From Escherichia phage vB_EcoM_G2494: 64,000 nt of DNA. The DNA is taken from the sequence record MK327935.1; one strand, 5' to 3'. Below, piece after piece: positions 9,489 to 18,944 of the stretch (its first letter is position 1; every line of letters begins with the position of its first letter). Below the pieces are notes generated by a model. That model did not search any database. It saw only the letters and a program-made list of their open reading frames with translations, and was not told the origin of the DNA. The position numbers were made by a program, and so were the translations under genes.

Positions 9489-10007
9489 TTAGTAGCCGCG
9501 TTCTTGACGGGCGAAGTTTTCAGCATTTTTCAGATAGTACAGCTTGAAGATATCCTTAGCGGTTAAACCTAAGCCCAGCATTTTAATCAGCACAAAATGC
9601 CAGATATCGATCAATTCCATCGCAATTTCGGTTTTATCGTCATCTGACAGATCAGCAAATTTACGCGCTCGTGCTTCGCCGTGGTTCTTCTTCCACACTT
9701 TAGTAATTGCGCTTGCATCTTTGCCATTTGACATGCCACCCAGGGCAACATAAAGTTCTCGTGTCTCGTCGTCGATTGCGTCATCCCACAACTTCATCCA
9801 GTCAAGGATCTCCCCGCAAGTTTCCAGCTTATCAGGATGCATTACCCACTCAAATTTATCAGCTAGTGCGACCTGTAATCCTTTTTGCATATCTAACATT
9901 ACTTGCAGCGGATCTTTACCGCTAGTGATTGCCTCGGAATACGCAATACCAGCTTTAGACATAGTTTCATCATTAACAAGACCAGCACAAGAATTAAATT
10001 CACTCAT
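9489..10007 (-). CDS. 56: dCTP pyrophosphatase (dCTPase/dUTPase, MazG-like)
   Basis: Trimmed to MSEFNS...; PLQVMLDMQ and IFKLYYLKNAENFARQERGY closely match T4 gp56. Confidence 0.85.
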   Translation of the reverse strand: MSEFNSCAGLVNDETMSKAGIAYSEAITSGKDPLQVMLDMQKGLQVALADKFEWVMHPDKLETCGEILDWMKLWDDAIDDETRELYVALGGMSNGKDASAITKVWKKNHGEARARKFADLSDDDKTEIAMELIDIWHFVLIKMLGLGLTAKDIFKLYYLKNAENFARQERGY

Positions 10008-10017
10008 AATAAACCTC

Positions 10018-10581
10018 TCAAATAACATTAAACACTGCAAATTCACCGTGATACTTATACGCATAGTCATTATATACTATTGCGGCGTCTATTTCTAGGT
10101 CAAATTGTCCTATATAGACTTTATTTCCTTCATTGTCCCTTATCTGGGCGACCCATTTACCCGAACGACTATTATAATGCACTCCTTTAAAATTGCTAGT
10201 TTTAGTTTGGTTATTTCTTCTCATATTTTGGGTATTCTGTTTTTGTGTCGCCTCTCTTAAGTTTGGAGGATCGTTGTTTTCTGGATTCCCGTCAATATGG
10301 TCAATGACAGGTGGGCAATACCCATGCTCTAAGAAGAATACTATTCTATGCACAAGCTCAAAATATTGTTTTCCTTCAAAAGAAAATGAGACTTTTAGGT
10401 GTCCGGCTGTGACTTTAGATACCTTTACTATATCACCAACCTTATAAAACTGGCCTTCTTTCGTCGTTCGGCTTGCTTTGCTGTTTGTTTTATGAATCAA
10501 TATACCCCTTTCGTGTCTATATCTTCGACGTATTTCATCCTTTAATTCATCGCTCCATTCTTTGGCTTTCCTTACCCTCAC
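10018..10581 (-). CDS. free-standing HNH homing endonuclease with AP2 DNA-binding domain
   Basis: 187 aa; HNH motif (DHIDGNPENNDPPNLREAT) plus AP2-like domain (KGVHY...GKWVAQI...YIGQF); GTG start with GAGGG SD. Confidence 0.8.
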   Translation of the reverse strand: MRVRKAKEWSDELKDEIRRRYRHERGILIHKTNSKASRTTKEGQFYKVGDIVKVSKVTAGHLKVSFSFEGKQYFELVHRIVFFLEHGYCPPVIDHIDGNPENNDPPNLREATQKQNTQNMRRNNQTKTSNFKGVHYNSRSGKWVAQIRDNEGNKVYIGQFDLEIDAAIVYNDYAYKYHGEFAVFNVI

Positions 10582-10598
10582 AATACAACCCTCATTAA

Positions 10599-11627
10599 TT
10601 AAAATTTACAATATTTCATAAACCGCATTTTAGCCATCAGACCTTGTACGGTGTTCTCTTTGATATATTCCATGATCTGGTCGCGTGTAGCGCCCTCGTC
10701 CTGAATCATGGCGTTAACGTCTTTAGAATGCCACGGGCAGCGATCCCACAAAACAATCTTTTCCCCTGCATTGATAAACTTTTCCAGTCGGTGCATTGTA
10801 TCGGCAGACCGTGGTTCCGCATCAAGTACAAACACTCGCTGATCAGGGAAAGGAATTTCATCTAATCCCAAAGTACCGCCAGTAATTGCACACCCGTTAT
10901 CAATAAACAATGAATCGATCGGACCTTCTAAGAAATACACTGGTTTACTCGGATCGGCGCGTTCAAGACCATAGACCTTACTCGCTAACTCGTGAGTTTT
11001 AATCGTCATATATTTGGTCTTTCCGTAATCCTTTCTCAATGCTCGCCCCTGAATGGATTCTATCTTGTTCTCGCGGTTAAAGATAGGAATCACTAAACGC
11101 GGTTCAGGTTGTGGATTCTTGAAAGTATCAGCCTTAATGTGATTTGCTACCTTTTGCCATTCTCTCGTGAAATACAGAAGATCCCATTTATCGTGGGGAA
11201 TGCAACGATCACTGACATACTTTATTATAGGATGATTAGCCGGAAGAGTATCTAACCTCTCGCAGAAAGGCAATGTTTGCACTTTCTTAATCTCCGGCTT
11301 TTCTACCTTTTTCAATGGCTTGAACGTGGTGTTCTTGTGGTCGCCTTGTTCCTTCCGTCGTTCCATAAGCCATTCCCTGAATAGGTCCGGCTTATACTGT
11401 TTGAGAAATTCACCTAACGGCTGATTGTAGTTACAGTTGAAACAGCCGCAACGCAAACTATCCTTATAGGTATAGATACGGAATCGCGCTTGAGTATGAT
11501 TTTTCTTTGAGTCACCGCAGATCGGACAACTACAGACCAGCGTAAATGAGCTAGTATGCAACCGTTTAAAATTTCGTTCGCCGTATATGGCTTTTTCCGC
11601 TATTTCATAATCTGCGTAGTAAATCAT
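10599..11627 (-). CDS. 61: DNA primase
   Basis: 342 aa; zinc-binding CPICGDS...CFNC and collinear similarity with T4 gp61. Confidence 0.9.
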   Translation of the reverse strand: MIYYADYEIAEKAIYGERNFKRLHTSSFTLVCSCPICGDSKKNHTQARFRIYTYKDSLRCGCFNCNYNQPLGEFLKQYKPDLFREWLMERRKEQGDHKNTTFKPLKKVEKPEIKKVQTLPFCERLDTLPANHPIIKYVSDRCIPHDKWDLLYFTREWQKVANHIKADTFKNPQPEPRLVIPIFNRENKIESIQGRALRKDYGKTKYMTIKTHELASKVYGLERADPSKPVYFLEGPIDSLFIDNGCAITGGTLGLDEIPFPDQRVFVLDAEPRSADTMHRLEKFINAGEKIVLWDRCPWHSKDVNAMIQDEGATRDQIMEYIKENTVQGLMAKMRFMKYCKF

Positions 11628-11636
11628 AATAACCTC

Positions 11637-11840
11637 TTATAGCTCAAATTTCATGAAAGTTCCTACACTTTCATTTTCATTCTCTCCGTTCTCATCTAAG
11701 CCAAATTTGTAGACACTACCATCTGGCGATGTGTAAGAGAATACACGAAAACGGCCTACCGGGTCAAGTTCTGTAAATTCATATTCTTTTCCGGCTTCAA
11801 AAAGTGCATATGTGCTTTTAAGACATTTCATCGTAATCAT
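11637..11840 (-). CDS. hypothetical protein
   Basis: 67-aa ORF upstream of gene 61. Confidence 0.45.
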   Translation of the reverse strand: MITMKCLKSTYALFEAGKEYEFTELDPVGRFRVFSYTSPDGSVYKFGLDENGENENESVGTFMKFEL

Positions 11841-11972
11841 TTAAGCGCCACCGATGAGAACATGATAATAATACCAGCATACATAACAGTCTCAGAAATT
11901 TTTCTGTTTTTGTCTTATATCCAGATAGCCCGAAAAAGACAACACCTGAACCCGATAATGAATACAATAAAA

Positions 11973-12149
11973 CTAACCATTGTCTTTCTCCTTCTTGCGT
12001 TTTTCTTTACCCACTACGCTAGGTCCACGATTGGTAATAGATCCGCTCGTTTCACCTGCTGCGATCTTCTCAGGATTGCCGCCAGCATCGCCAGCGGTCA
12101 TATCTTCTTTGAGTTTATTTTCTTCAACAAACTGTTTAAATCCAATCAT
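11973..12149 (-). CDS. hypothetical small Gly/Lys-rich protein
   Basis: ~58-aa ORF not in the supplied table; ATG overlaps upstream stop (ATGA); low-complexity, so doubtful. Confidence 0.3.
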   Translation of the reverse strand: MIGFKQFVEENKLKEDMTAGDAGGNPEKIAAGETSGSITNRGPSVVGKEKRKKEKDNG

Positions 12150-12523
12150 AGAATAATCTCTTTCAGTAAGTCAACAATCTGGTCTTTCGTCAGTTTATCC
12201 TGATTCTCTACAATCTTGATAACACAAGCATTAACATCTTTTCGAGTCACGCGGGAGATCGTTTTAATACGATGAAACGGTTCGTAGAAATATACTGCTT
12301 CATTATAGAGCGCAGCAATTTTTCGACGCATTTGATCTTTATCTGACAAGAAAACAAGTGCTGTTTTATGACCTTCTACACCCACCACGTTATATAGTTC
12401 AGCAACACCCCAGCGACCTTCCGGTTCAATCATTCCGGCGTGTTTACCGTCGATAAAAATAAGAATATCTCCGTTGAATGCGGTTTTGAATGCTACATCT
12501 TCCGGCGTAATCATATTTTTCAT
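12146..12523 (-). CDS. hypothetical protein
   Basis: 125-aa ORF in the 61-41 interval. Confidence 0.5.
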   Translation of the reverse strand: MKNMITPEDVAFKTAFNGDILIFIDGKHAGMIEPEGRWGVAELYNVVGVEGHKTALVFLSDKDQMRRKIAALYNEAVYFYEPFHRIKTISRVTRKDVNACVIKIVENQDKLTKDQIVDLLKEIIL

Positions 12524-12553
12524 AATATAGTCTCCTTAGAGTTTCATTATAGA

Positions 12554-13189
12554 TCAATCGAATGTAGAAAGCAAATGTTTTGTTTCTTTCAGTTGTCGTT
12601 CAAGATTTTTGCGTTTCTCTTTAAGTTGCATTTTAGCATTATTTCGCTGTTTTTCAACATCTTTATCAATATTCTTAGTCCAATTATCAATATCAGAATA
12701 AGTTGGCATACCCAATTCTAGACCTAATGCGGTTGGATACAGGGTAACAGTCCATAAACCGCTAATCTTCTTAAATAGGTCTGGGTGTAGTGTACTATCT
12801 ACATCTTCCGGTGTCAACTCTTTTTCTTCTTTCAGTGGTGGGATCTCGTCATATGGTTCTAGTGCATTTACTTTAATATCAGATACCTCATCAAAGAATC
12901 CGCGTACATCCGCAGGAAATACACAAGCAATTTCCCAACCGTGATCACGCAGAGAAGTAATATTTTTCACTCCCCCACCATGTGTGATGATTGATGTGAC
13001 ATTGCCATCAAGGTCCACCGAATTTACGAGAAATGGCTTATCGTCTGTCAGATCATTATAAAACTGTGCTTCGGCTGTAGTCATCTCCAGAAACAGATCT
13101 CGAATCGGACGACCATCCGGTGCGTTACCTTCCTTGAGAGTATAAAAGCGACTTACGATCCATTTTGGCGGTAAAGTATTAGCGATCAT
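12554..13189 (-). CDS. hypothetical protein (61.2-like by position and size)
   Basis: 211 aa, acidic, C-terminal coiled coil; position and size recall T4 61.2; homology not verified. Confidence 0.5.
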   Translation of the reverse strand: MIANTLPPKWIVSRFYTLKEGNAPDGRPIRDLFLEMTTAEAQFYNDLTDDKPFLVNSVDLDGNVTSIITHGGGVKNITSLRDHGWEIACVFPADVRGFFDEVSDIKVNALEPYDEIPPLKEEKELTPEDVDSTLHPDLFKKISGLWTVTLYPTALGLELGMPTYSDIDNWTKNIDKDVEKQRNNAKMQLKEKRKNLERQLKETKHLLSTFD

Positions 13190-13239
13190 GTTATATCTCC
13201 TATCAAATCATTCACCAGCGCCCCACAGGGCGCATTTTA

Positions 13240-14652
13240 TTAGAAAGTCATGGTATTTGCTAGCTCGTCGAGTTTTTCGCGTTTCTCGGCTTGCTGTGCG
13301 CTTTGTGGTTTAACTTGTGCATTCTCCTGATCTGCGATCTGGTTTGGGACTTCATACCAACGCTGATTGCCTTTCTTCACACCAACGTTAAACCGTGAAT
13401 AATAGTTCTTATCACCGTAACGAGACTTGATCTGCTTCATGAGTTGGACGCCCATTTTAGCCAGGTCTTCGGTTTCGATAACACCCAACATAAAGTCGGC
13501 AGTAGCCGGAAGACCTGCTGATTCAGCGGTATCACTCATGTTAAGGTCGGAAGCATCCCAACCCGCGCGGGTAGTCTGTGCCGCAGTCCAACCAACAACA
13601 TCCCACTTAACAAAAAATCCTCGCAGTTCTTCCGCAATCGCCTTAACTAGTGTGTAACTATTTTCAGAGTATACACGCAAGCGAGACGATGCGCAAATCC
13701 CCAGATAGTCAACAATCACAACATCAGGTTTAAACTGTTTCTTGAGTCGCAATTCATTCATTAACGCCTCAAAGTGATTGGAGTTCGCGCCACCAGTCGG
13801 ATACTGCTTGATCATCAATTTTCCAACCGGACGATCTCCGATCTTCTTATTCTTAACACGCTTCATACGTGCGGAATATTCCGCAAAAGAAACATTACCA
13901 TTATCCAATTCATCTAATGTAATGTCAAGCAAGTTTGCGTCGATACGTTTGGCTACGACATGCTCTGCCATCTCCATTGAGATATACAATACATCATAAC
14001 CACATTCCATATAATCCGCAGCAAGAGAACACAATCCAAGCGATTTACCAACGTTTACACCAGCAAGCAACACATTTAGCGTTTTTCTTTCCGCCCCTCC
14101 TTTCGTGATTTTATTCAACATCGGCAGCTTAAATGGGATCTTATTCGCCTTAGTCTGATATAACAGGAATCGTTTTTCAAAGTCATTAAACCAGTCATGA
14201 CCTACATCAGAATCAAACGTAATGGATAGTGCTTCCTGCATGATCTCAGGAATAGCACCCTCACTCGGCAATTTCTTATTCTGTTTCTCTTTTGGTAGTT
14301 GTGCGTTCGCCTGAATCTCTAGCGCCCGTGACATTGCATTATACATGGCACGGTCACGAATAAATTTTTCGGTTTCCTTCATTAACCAATCAAGGTCTTC
14401 CGGTGTATTCTCCAGCGAATCGAGAAGAGTTTTAGCCCCTTCATATGTTGTCTGATTGCCTCTCTCCTTGTCTAAAGCAATCTGTAATGCTGTTGGCGTA
14501 GGAATATTGGAATATTCGTCTACGTGCTTTTTAATCAGCTTATAAATCAGTTTTTCTTCGTCTTCGGTGAAGTAGTCCGCTTTAAGGTGAGGCCATACAT
14601 TCGTAAAGAATGCGCCATTGTAAATCAACTGTGAAAAGATAGTTTTAATCAT
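13240..14652 (-). CDS. 41: replicative DNA helicase (DnaB family)
   Basis: 470 aa; Walker A GVNVGKS, RecA-like core and strong collinearity with T4 gp41. Confidence 0.92.
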   Translation of the reverse strand: MIKTIFSQLIYNGAFFTNVWPHLKADYFTEDEEKLIYKLIKKHVDEYSNIPTPTALQIALDKERGNQTTYEGAKTLLDSLENTPEDLDWLMKETEKFIRDRAMYNAMSRALEIQANAQLPKEKQNKKLPSEGAIPEIMQEALSITFDSDVGHDWFNDFEKRFLLYQTKANKIPFKLPMLNKITKGGAERKTLNVLLAGVNVGKSLGLCSLAADYMECGYDVLYISMEMAEHVVAKRIDANLLDITLDELDNGNVSFAEYSARMKRVKNKKIGDRPVGKLMIKQYPTGGANSNHFEALMNELRLKKQFKPDVVIVDYLGICASSRLRVYSENSYTLVKAIAEELRGFFVKWDVVGWTAAQTTRAGWDASDLNMSDTAESAGLPATADFMLGVIETEDLAKMGVQLMKQIKSRYGDKNYYSRFNVGVKKGNQRWYEVPNQIADQENAQVKPQSAQQAEKREKLDELANTMTF

Positions 14653-14966
14653 ACATAGCCCCCAACTACACGCATAACAAAGGTCTTGAGTTTATACCAG
14701 AAAGTTTCTTTTTTCAACTTTTCTTCTGCTTCTTTGATCTGCGCGGTTAACGCCTTAATGACGTGTGGATATACCACATCACGATCTGACGGCGTGGAGT
14801 AGTCGACCACAATACCTTTAGTGTCTGGATCGTATTCAACATTATGAATATAGACAATATGATGTTCTCCCTCTTCATCAACAATTATCAGTTCCTGAAT
14901 AACTGTCTTCATTGCTTCTTGAATCAAGCCGTGTGCTTCTTCTAAACTTGTTGGTTTCTTATCCAT
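14649..14966 (-). CDS. hypothetical protein (gene 40 position)
   Basis: 105 aa between uvsX and 41; start carries GAGAGGATTATATTATG initiation context. Confidence 0.45.
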   Translation of the reverse strand: MDKKPTSLEEAHGLIQEAMKTVIQELIIVDEEGEHHIVYIHNVEYDPDTKGIVVDYSTPSDRDVVYPHVIKALTAQIKEAEEKLKKETFWYKLKTFVMRVVGGYV

Positions 14967-15021
14967 AATATAATCCTCTCTAGATATGAAAAAGGGGCAC
15001 GTAGCCCCTTTACTACCATTG

Positions 15022-16092
15022 TTATGCTAACATATCTTCGATTTCTTTGTCAACTGCTTCGTCGCTGATCACTTGCCCCAGCTTATAATGATCGTTGATT
15101 GCTTCGTTAAACTTATCGTTTGTCAGAAGTGGTTTCCAGAACTCAATGCTATTGGTTTCTTTAGCACGGAACTTGCGTTCTTCGGTTTCCATCTCTCCGG
15201 TCTCGGTATTTAGGATTGAACGAGAATACCAGCCGTTTGACGGTTTCACTACCCAGCCTAACTCTACAGCCAATTCCAGCAAGCCGGAATAAGGATCGAT
15301 GCCACCGCTAAATGTTACGCTAATCGGGAACTTCGATTTTTCTTTAACGGTTCGTGATTTTTCCGCATTCAGGATAAAATCATAACCAGTAATTTCGGTT
15401 CCTTCTTTCTGCTGACGACGACCAATAATGAAAACTTCATTGGCTGAATACATCGCGCCCGTACCGCCGGACATAACGGTCTTACTAAACATTTCTTGCG
15501 TTTCGTAAGTGTGGTTAATAGCGATGCACGGGATATCATTCATAGTCAGATACGGTGTCACCATACGGAACAAGCCTTTAAGTGCTTTAGCTCGCGTCAT
15601 ATCCTGTGCGGATTTCTCATTAATCGCGTCTTCAACTTCTTTTTTACTTGCTAAGTTACCGATTGAGTCAATAAAGATGATCACTTTATCTTCACGGGTA
15701 ATTTGCTCAAGCTGGTTCATGATTTCAAATTTAAGTTCTTCGATGTTCTTGATTGGAACATGCACCACGCGATCAGGATCTACACCCATAGATTCAAGAT
15801 AAGCGGGTGTAATACCGAACTCAGAATCAAAGAACAAACACGCCGCATCAGGATTCTGTTTCATGTATGCACTAACACAAGTTAATCCCATGTTTGATTT
15901 AAAGTGCTTAGACGGACCAGCAAAGAAAATCAGACCAGATTGAAAGCCTTTTTTAAGATCACCGGAAAACGCAATATTCAGCATCGGGATCTTAGTGCGA
16001 GTATTTGTTTTTTCGTTAAAGAAGCTGGATTTAGACAGTACCGCAGTAGTTTTCAGGGTAGAGTTCTTTTTCAGTTTTTCCAGTACAGACAT
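15022..16092 (-). CDS. uvsX: UvsX recombinase (RecA-like)
   Basis: 356 aa; near-identical blocks to T4 UvsX (GPSKHFKSN, CIAINHTYETQEMFSKTVM, RTVKEKSKF). Confidence 0.92.
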   Translation of the reverse strand: MSVLEKLKKNSTLKTTAVLSKSSFFNEKTNTRTKIPMLNIAFSGDLKKGFQSGLIFFAGPSKHFKSNMGLTCVSAYMKQNPDAACLFFDSEFGITPAYLESMGVDPDRVVHVPIKNIEELKFEIMNQLEQITREDKVIIFIDSIGNLASKKEVEDAINEKSAQDMTRAKALKGLFRMVTPYLTMNDIPCIAINHTYETQEMFSKTVMSGGTGAMYSANEVFIIGRRQQKEGTEITGYDFILNAEKSRTVKEKSKFPISVTFSGGIDPYSGLLELAVELGWVVKPSNGWYSRSILNTETGEMETEERKFRAKETNSIEFWKPLLTNDKFNEAINDHYKLGQVISDEAVDKEIEDMLA

Positions 16093-16103
16093 TATTAATA
16101 CCT

Positions 16104-16331
16104 CTATTCAGTTAATCCGTAATACTTTAATTGCTTCATTGTTATTCGATCTTTGTAGTGCTCTTGAATTAACTTTTTCATCGCATCAACATCGATCGTC
16201 ACAAATACTTCGTTGCTGTGATTTCCGTGAACTTTCTTGAAATGCTCTATGCCTTCCTCACGTTCGCGTTTAATCTTTTCAATTTCTCTCATAGTATATT
16301 TCTCACGTTGGCGGGTATCGTCACCCAACAC
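16104..16331 (-). CDS. hypothetical protein
   Basis: 75-aa ORF between gene 43 and uvsX. Confidence 0.4.
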   Translation of the reverse strand: MLGDDTRQREKYTMREIEKIKREREEGIEHFKKVHGNHSNEVFVTIDVDAMKKLIQEHYKDRITMKQLKYYGLTE

Positions 16332-16353
16332 CCGCCATTATACACACTTTATC

Positions 16354-17830
16354 TTAAATGTCAAACAGGTCCGTAAGAGATGCCACTTTTTCATATTGCA
16401 GCTTTGCGGCCGTGGTAATGTTCTCCAGTGGTTTGACGAAAGTCTTATTAAACAACAAAGGCCAGTCTAACCACTTTAACACCTCTGATTCAATTTCTGG
16501 AGGAATACGAGTACCGGACAACCAACCAAAACAGATTTCTCCAAACGGATTTCGGTCTTTAAGCGGTACAATCATAACCTTCTCGCCCTCACGAATTGGA
16601 TCTAGTCCGAATTTTCGAGCATTACGATTATAACACAATACACTCTTAACCGCATACGGACAACCCTTAATCGGATACCCGTTTGAATCGCTGTATTTCT
16701 GTAGGTTGTTTGCAGATGATACCGCAGCAACCTCAAGATAGTCAAGTTTTCTAAACTCTTGCTCAAAAATACCGTAGTATTCCTGCAATGACTCTTCACC
16801 TTCCTGCAACATACGGCGAATACATTCTTTCAGTGATTTCTGACATGCTTTAGGGGTGGAGCTACGTTGCGTTTCCAAGCCCATGATTTTTAGCTTAGGT
16901 TCAGCAAAGCGCGTTCCTTCCATATCCCAAACATTAAGAGCATAACGCTTTTTACCCGTCCAGAATCCACCAATACCCGCAGATTTCAACGGGGGACCAG
17001 CAATTGCCTCTCGGTCCATAAACATCAAGTGCTCATAGTTGTTCATGTACTCGCATAACTCTCGATATCCTTTGTCGATAATCGGTTCCATTCGATGTTT
17101 ACCGAAATTATCAAGGAAGTCAACAAGTTTTTCGGTATCGTCGAAACGGTCTTCCCCGCCAACCTTATCAACAACATTGTTAACCAGCACATAAACGGAG
17201 TCAGTATCACAATAACGAACATATGCAAAATCGGTTGTTCCGCAAAGCTCGTTTAAGTATTCGTTAATCTTACGCTCAATCCACTGAATTGCAAGCTGAC
17301 CGAACAGTGTGATCGCACTAGCGTTACGGAGATCATAAAAACGGAATTTAGGATTCCCCAACGCACCATAAAGGGAGTTGATCAAAACTTTTCGAGAAAG
17401 CTGGTTTGTATTGCACAAGATCGACTCGTCTTTACATTCTTCCAGCAATTTCTCTAAGGCATCTTTACTTAATTCAGAAAGCATCGATTTAAACGCTTCA
17501 TCGAAGTCGTGACGCACTTCAACGCTATAGCTAATGGTTCCCCCATAAACATGATTTTCATCGTGTAGAATCGCTTTACATAGTTCAGCATTGCGATCAC
17601 ATGCCAACATCATGTTTTTGTACTGCTTACGCTGATCGAATACCTTTTTAATCTCAATCGGTACGATACCATGAATATCTTTTCTATACATCCATCCGTT
17701 AGGCGAGCAAGAATACTCATCACTCGGACGTGGTGCAGTTTTATTGATATACTCGTGCATCGGTGCAGCATCAAAAGATCCAGCGATTGTTTCCGGCGAA
17801 ATGTTAACCTGACGGATGATTGATGGATAC
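16354..17830 (-). CDS. 43: DNA polymerase gp43, 3' exon / C-terminal fragment
   Basis: Family-B motifs KVLINSLYGALG and YCDTDS; reading frame is open upstream of the listed Met back to YPSIIRQVNISPETI, the continuation of motif A. Confidence 0.85.
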
Positions 17831-18944
17831 CATTATGTTCAGCGCGGTTCGCTACTCCCGCGCCCGTTCTCTTGCGAACTGCTACATGTCACCATGTAGA
17901 TCAGACTATATCACATTCTCATAGAGAATCCTGCCATTTCGAATCGCTTGATTCTACTCTACTCGGTTCGTTACCCTTTCGATAGTCGTTGAACAACTGC
18001 ATCTTTAAGCTCATTTTGATCAAACGGTGTTCTCTTACAGTATCCGCTATAATTCTTAGCAAAAGGTTTCTTCTTACCAAAAATCTCTTTTCCTGAATTG
18101 TGTGCTTCAACAAGAAAATTCACCATTTCATCAAATGTGAAACTTGCAAATTTAGCATAAGTTTCATTACGTTTTGACATTATTTTACTCATAACTTCCG
18201 GTCGTTTAGACGCTGAATTTTCGCGTTTCTCGCCAGCATTAAATGATACCAACTCACCGGAAACATATCTAGGATCATCACAACTAACTCTAAACCGATT
18301 TCCTTCCTTATCCTTAACGATAACAGTATTCTTTAGCTTTTCTGCCATAGAATCAAGACCTTTTCGTATAGTGTCCTCATCAGCCCCGAAATATTTCTTT
18401 CCGCTCATATCGGTTCTGGCTTTTCCGGTCTTGTTTTCGGATATTTTCAGTCTAACTTCCTCTCGCTTGGCTGGGTTATTGTCTCCAGCGAATGCATCTT
18501 TGGTTAACGCCTTCACTTTATCGTCATAAGATCCTCTAGAGATGAAAGCATATGCTCTCTTGCATTCACCGTTATTGAATATTAAGCACAATAACCGATG
18601 CGCCTCGACGTGGTCTTCAAACTTAAGCCTAACAAGATTCCATTTATCTAACCGATATTCAGGGAACATTGACTTCGGGCATATATGATGCACCTCGGAA
18701 TATTCTTCACCCTGATACGGATTAGACACCAGTTTAATGTAGTCGTTTAATGCTTCCTCGTTATGTATTTCGTACTTTCTTAAAATGTCTTTCATCTCGC
18801 GCCTCCAATGTATATCAATATTTATATACATTATAAGACACGTTAGCTCAAAATGCAACTGCTGCTGATTGTCTCCTTAGAGATTTCCCAGCAATTAAGC
18901 AGGTTATTCGATCACTGTCACCAGTGAAAGCCCCATATCAGTTT
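17831..18944 (-). mobile_element. intervening sequence in gene 43: putative group I intron carrying an HNH homing endonuclease gene
   Basis: ~1.1 kb insertion between codons L and Y of motif A (DLTSL|YPS); 5' exon ends in T, insert ends in G; internal ORF has own late promoter; boundaries +/- a few nt. Confidence 0.6.
17971..18795 (-). CDS. HNH homing endonuclease (intron-encoded)
   Basis: Trimmed to MKDILRKYE... with GGAGG SD; His-Me finger motifs (EVHHICPKS...EDHVEAHRL); TATAAATA late-promoter motif ~20 nt upstream. Confidence 0.7.
   Translation of the reverse strand: MKDILRKYEIHNEEALNDYIKLVSNPYQGEEYSEVHHICPKSMFPEYRLDKWNLVRLKFEDHVEAHRLLCLIFNNGECKRAYAFISRGSYDDKVKALTKDAFAGDNNPAKREEVRLKISENKTGKARTDMSGKKYFGADEDTIRKGLDSMAEKLKNTVIVKDKEGNRFRVSCDDPRYVSGELVSFNAGEKRENSASKRPEVMSKIMSKRNETYAKFASFTFDEMVNFLVEAHNSGKEIFGKKKPFAKNYSGYCKRTPFDQNELKDAVVQRLSKG

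Noticed and set aside
9489-10070. Listed longer N-terminal extension of gp56 (MTMRISITVNLQ...)
   Set aside because: The extension overlaps the upstream endonuclease gene and has no T4 counterpart; the internal ATG (MSEFNS...) aligns with the T4 gp56 N-terminus, so the shorter CDS was adopted.
17831-18944. Intein interpretation of the gene 43 insertion
   Set aside because: The frame hits a stop codon right after the junction, and the endonuclease is a separate ORF with its own promoter and SD; an intein would be an in-frame protein insertion.
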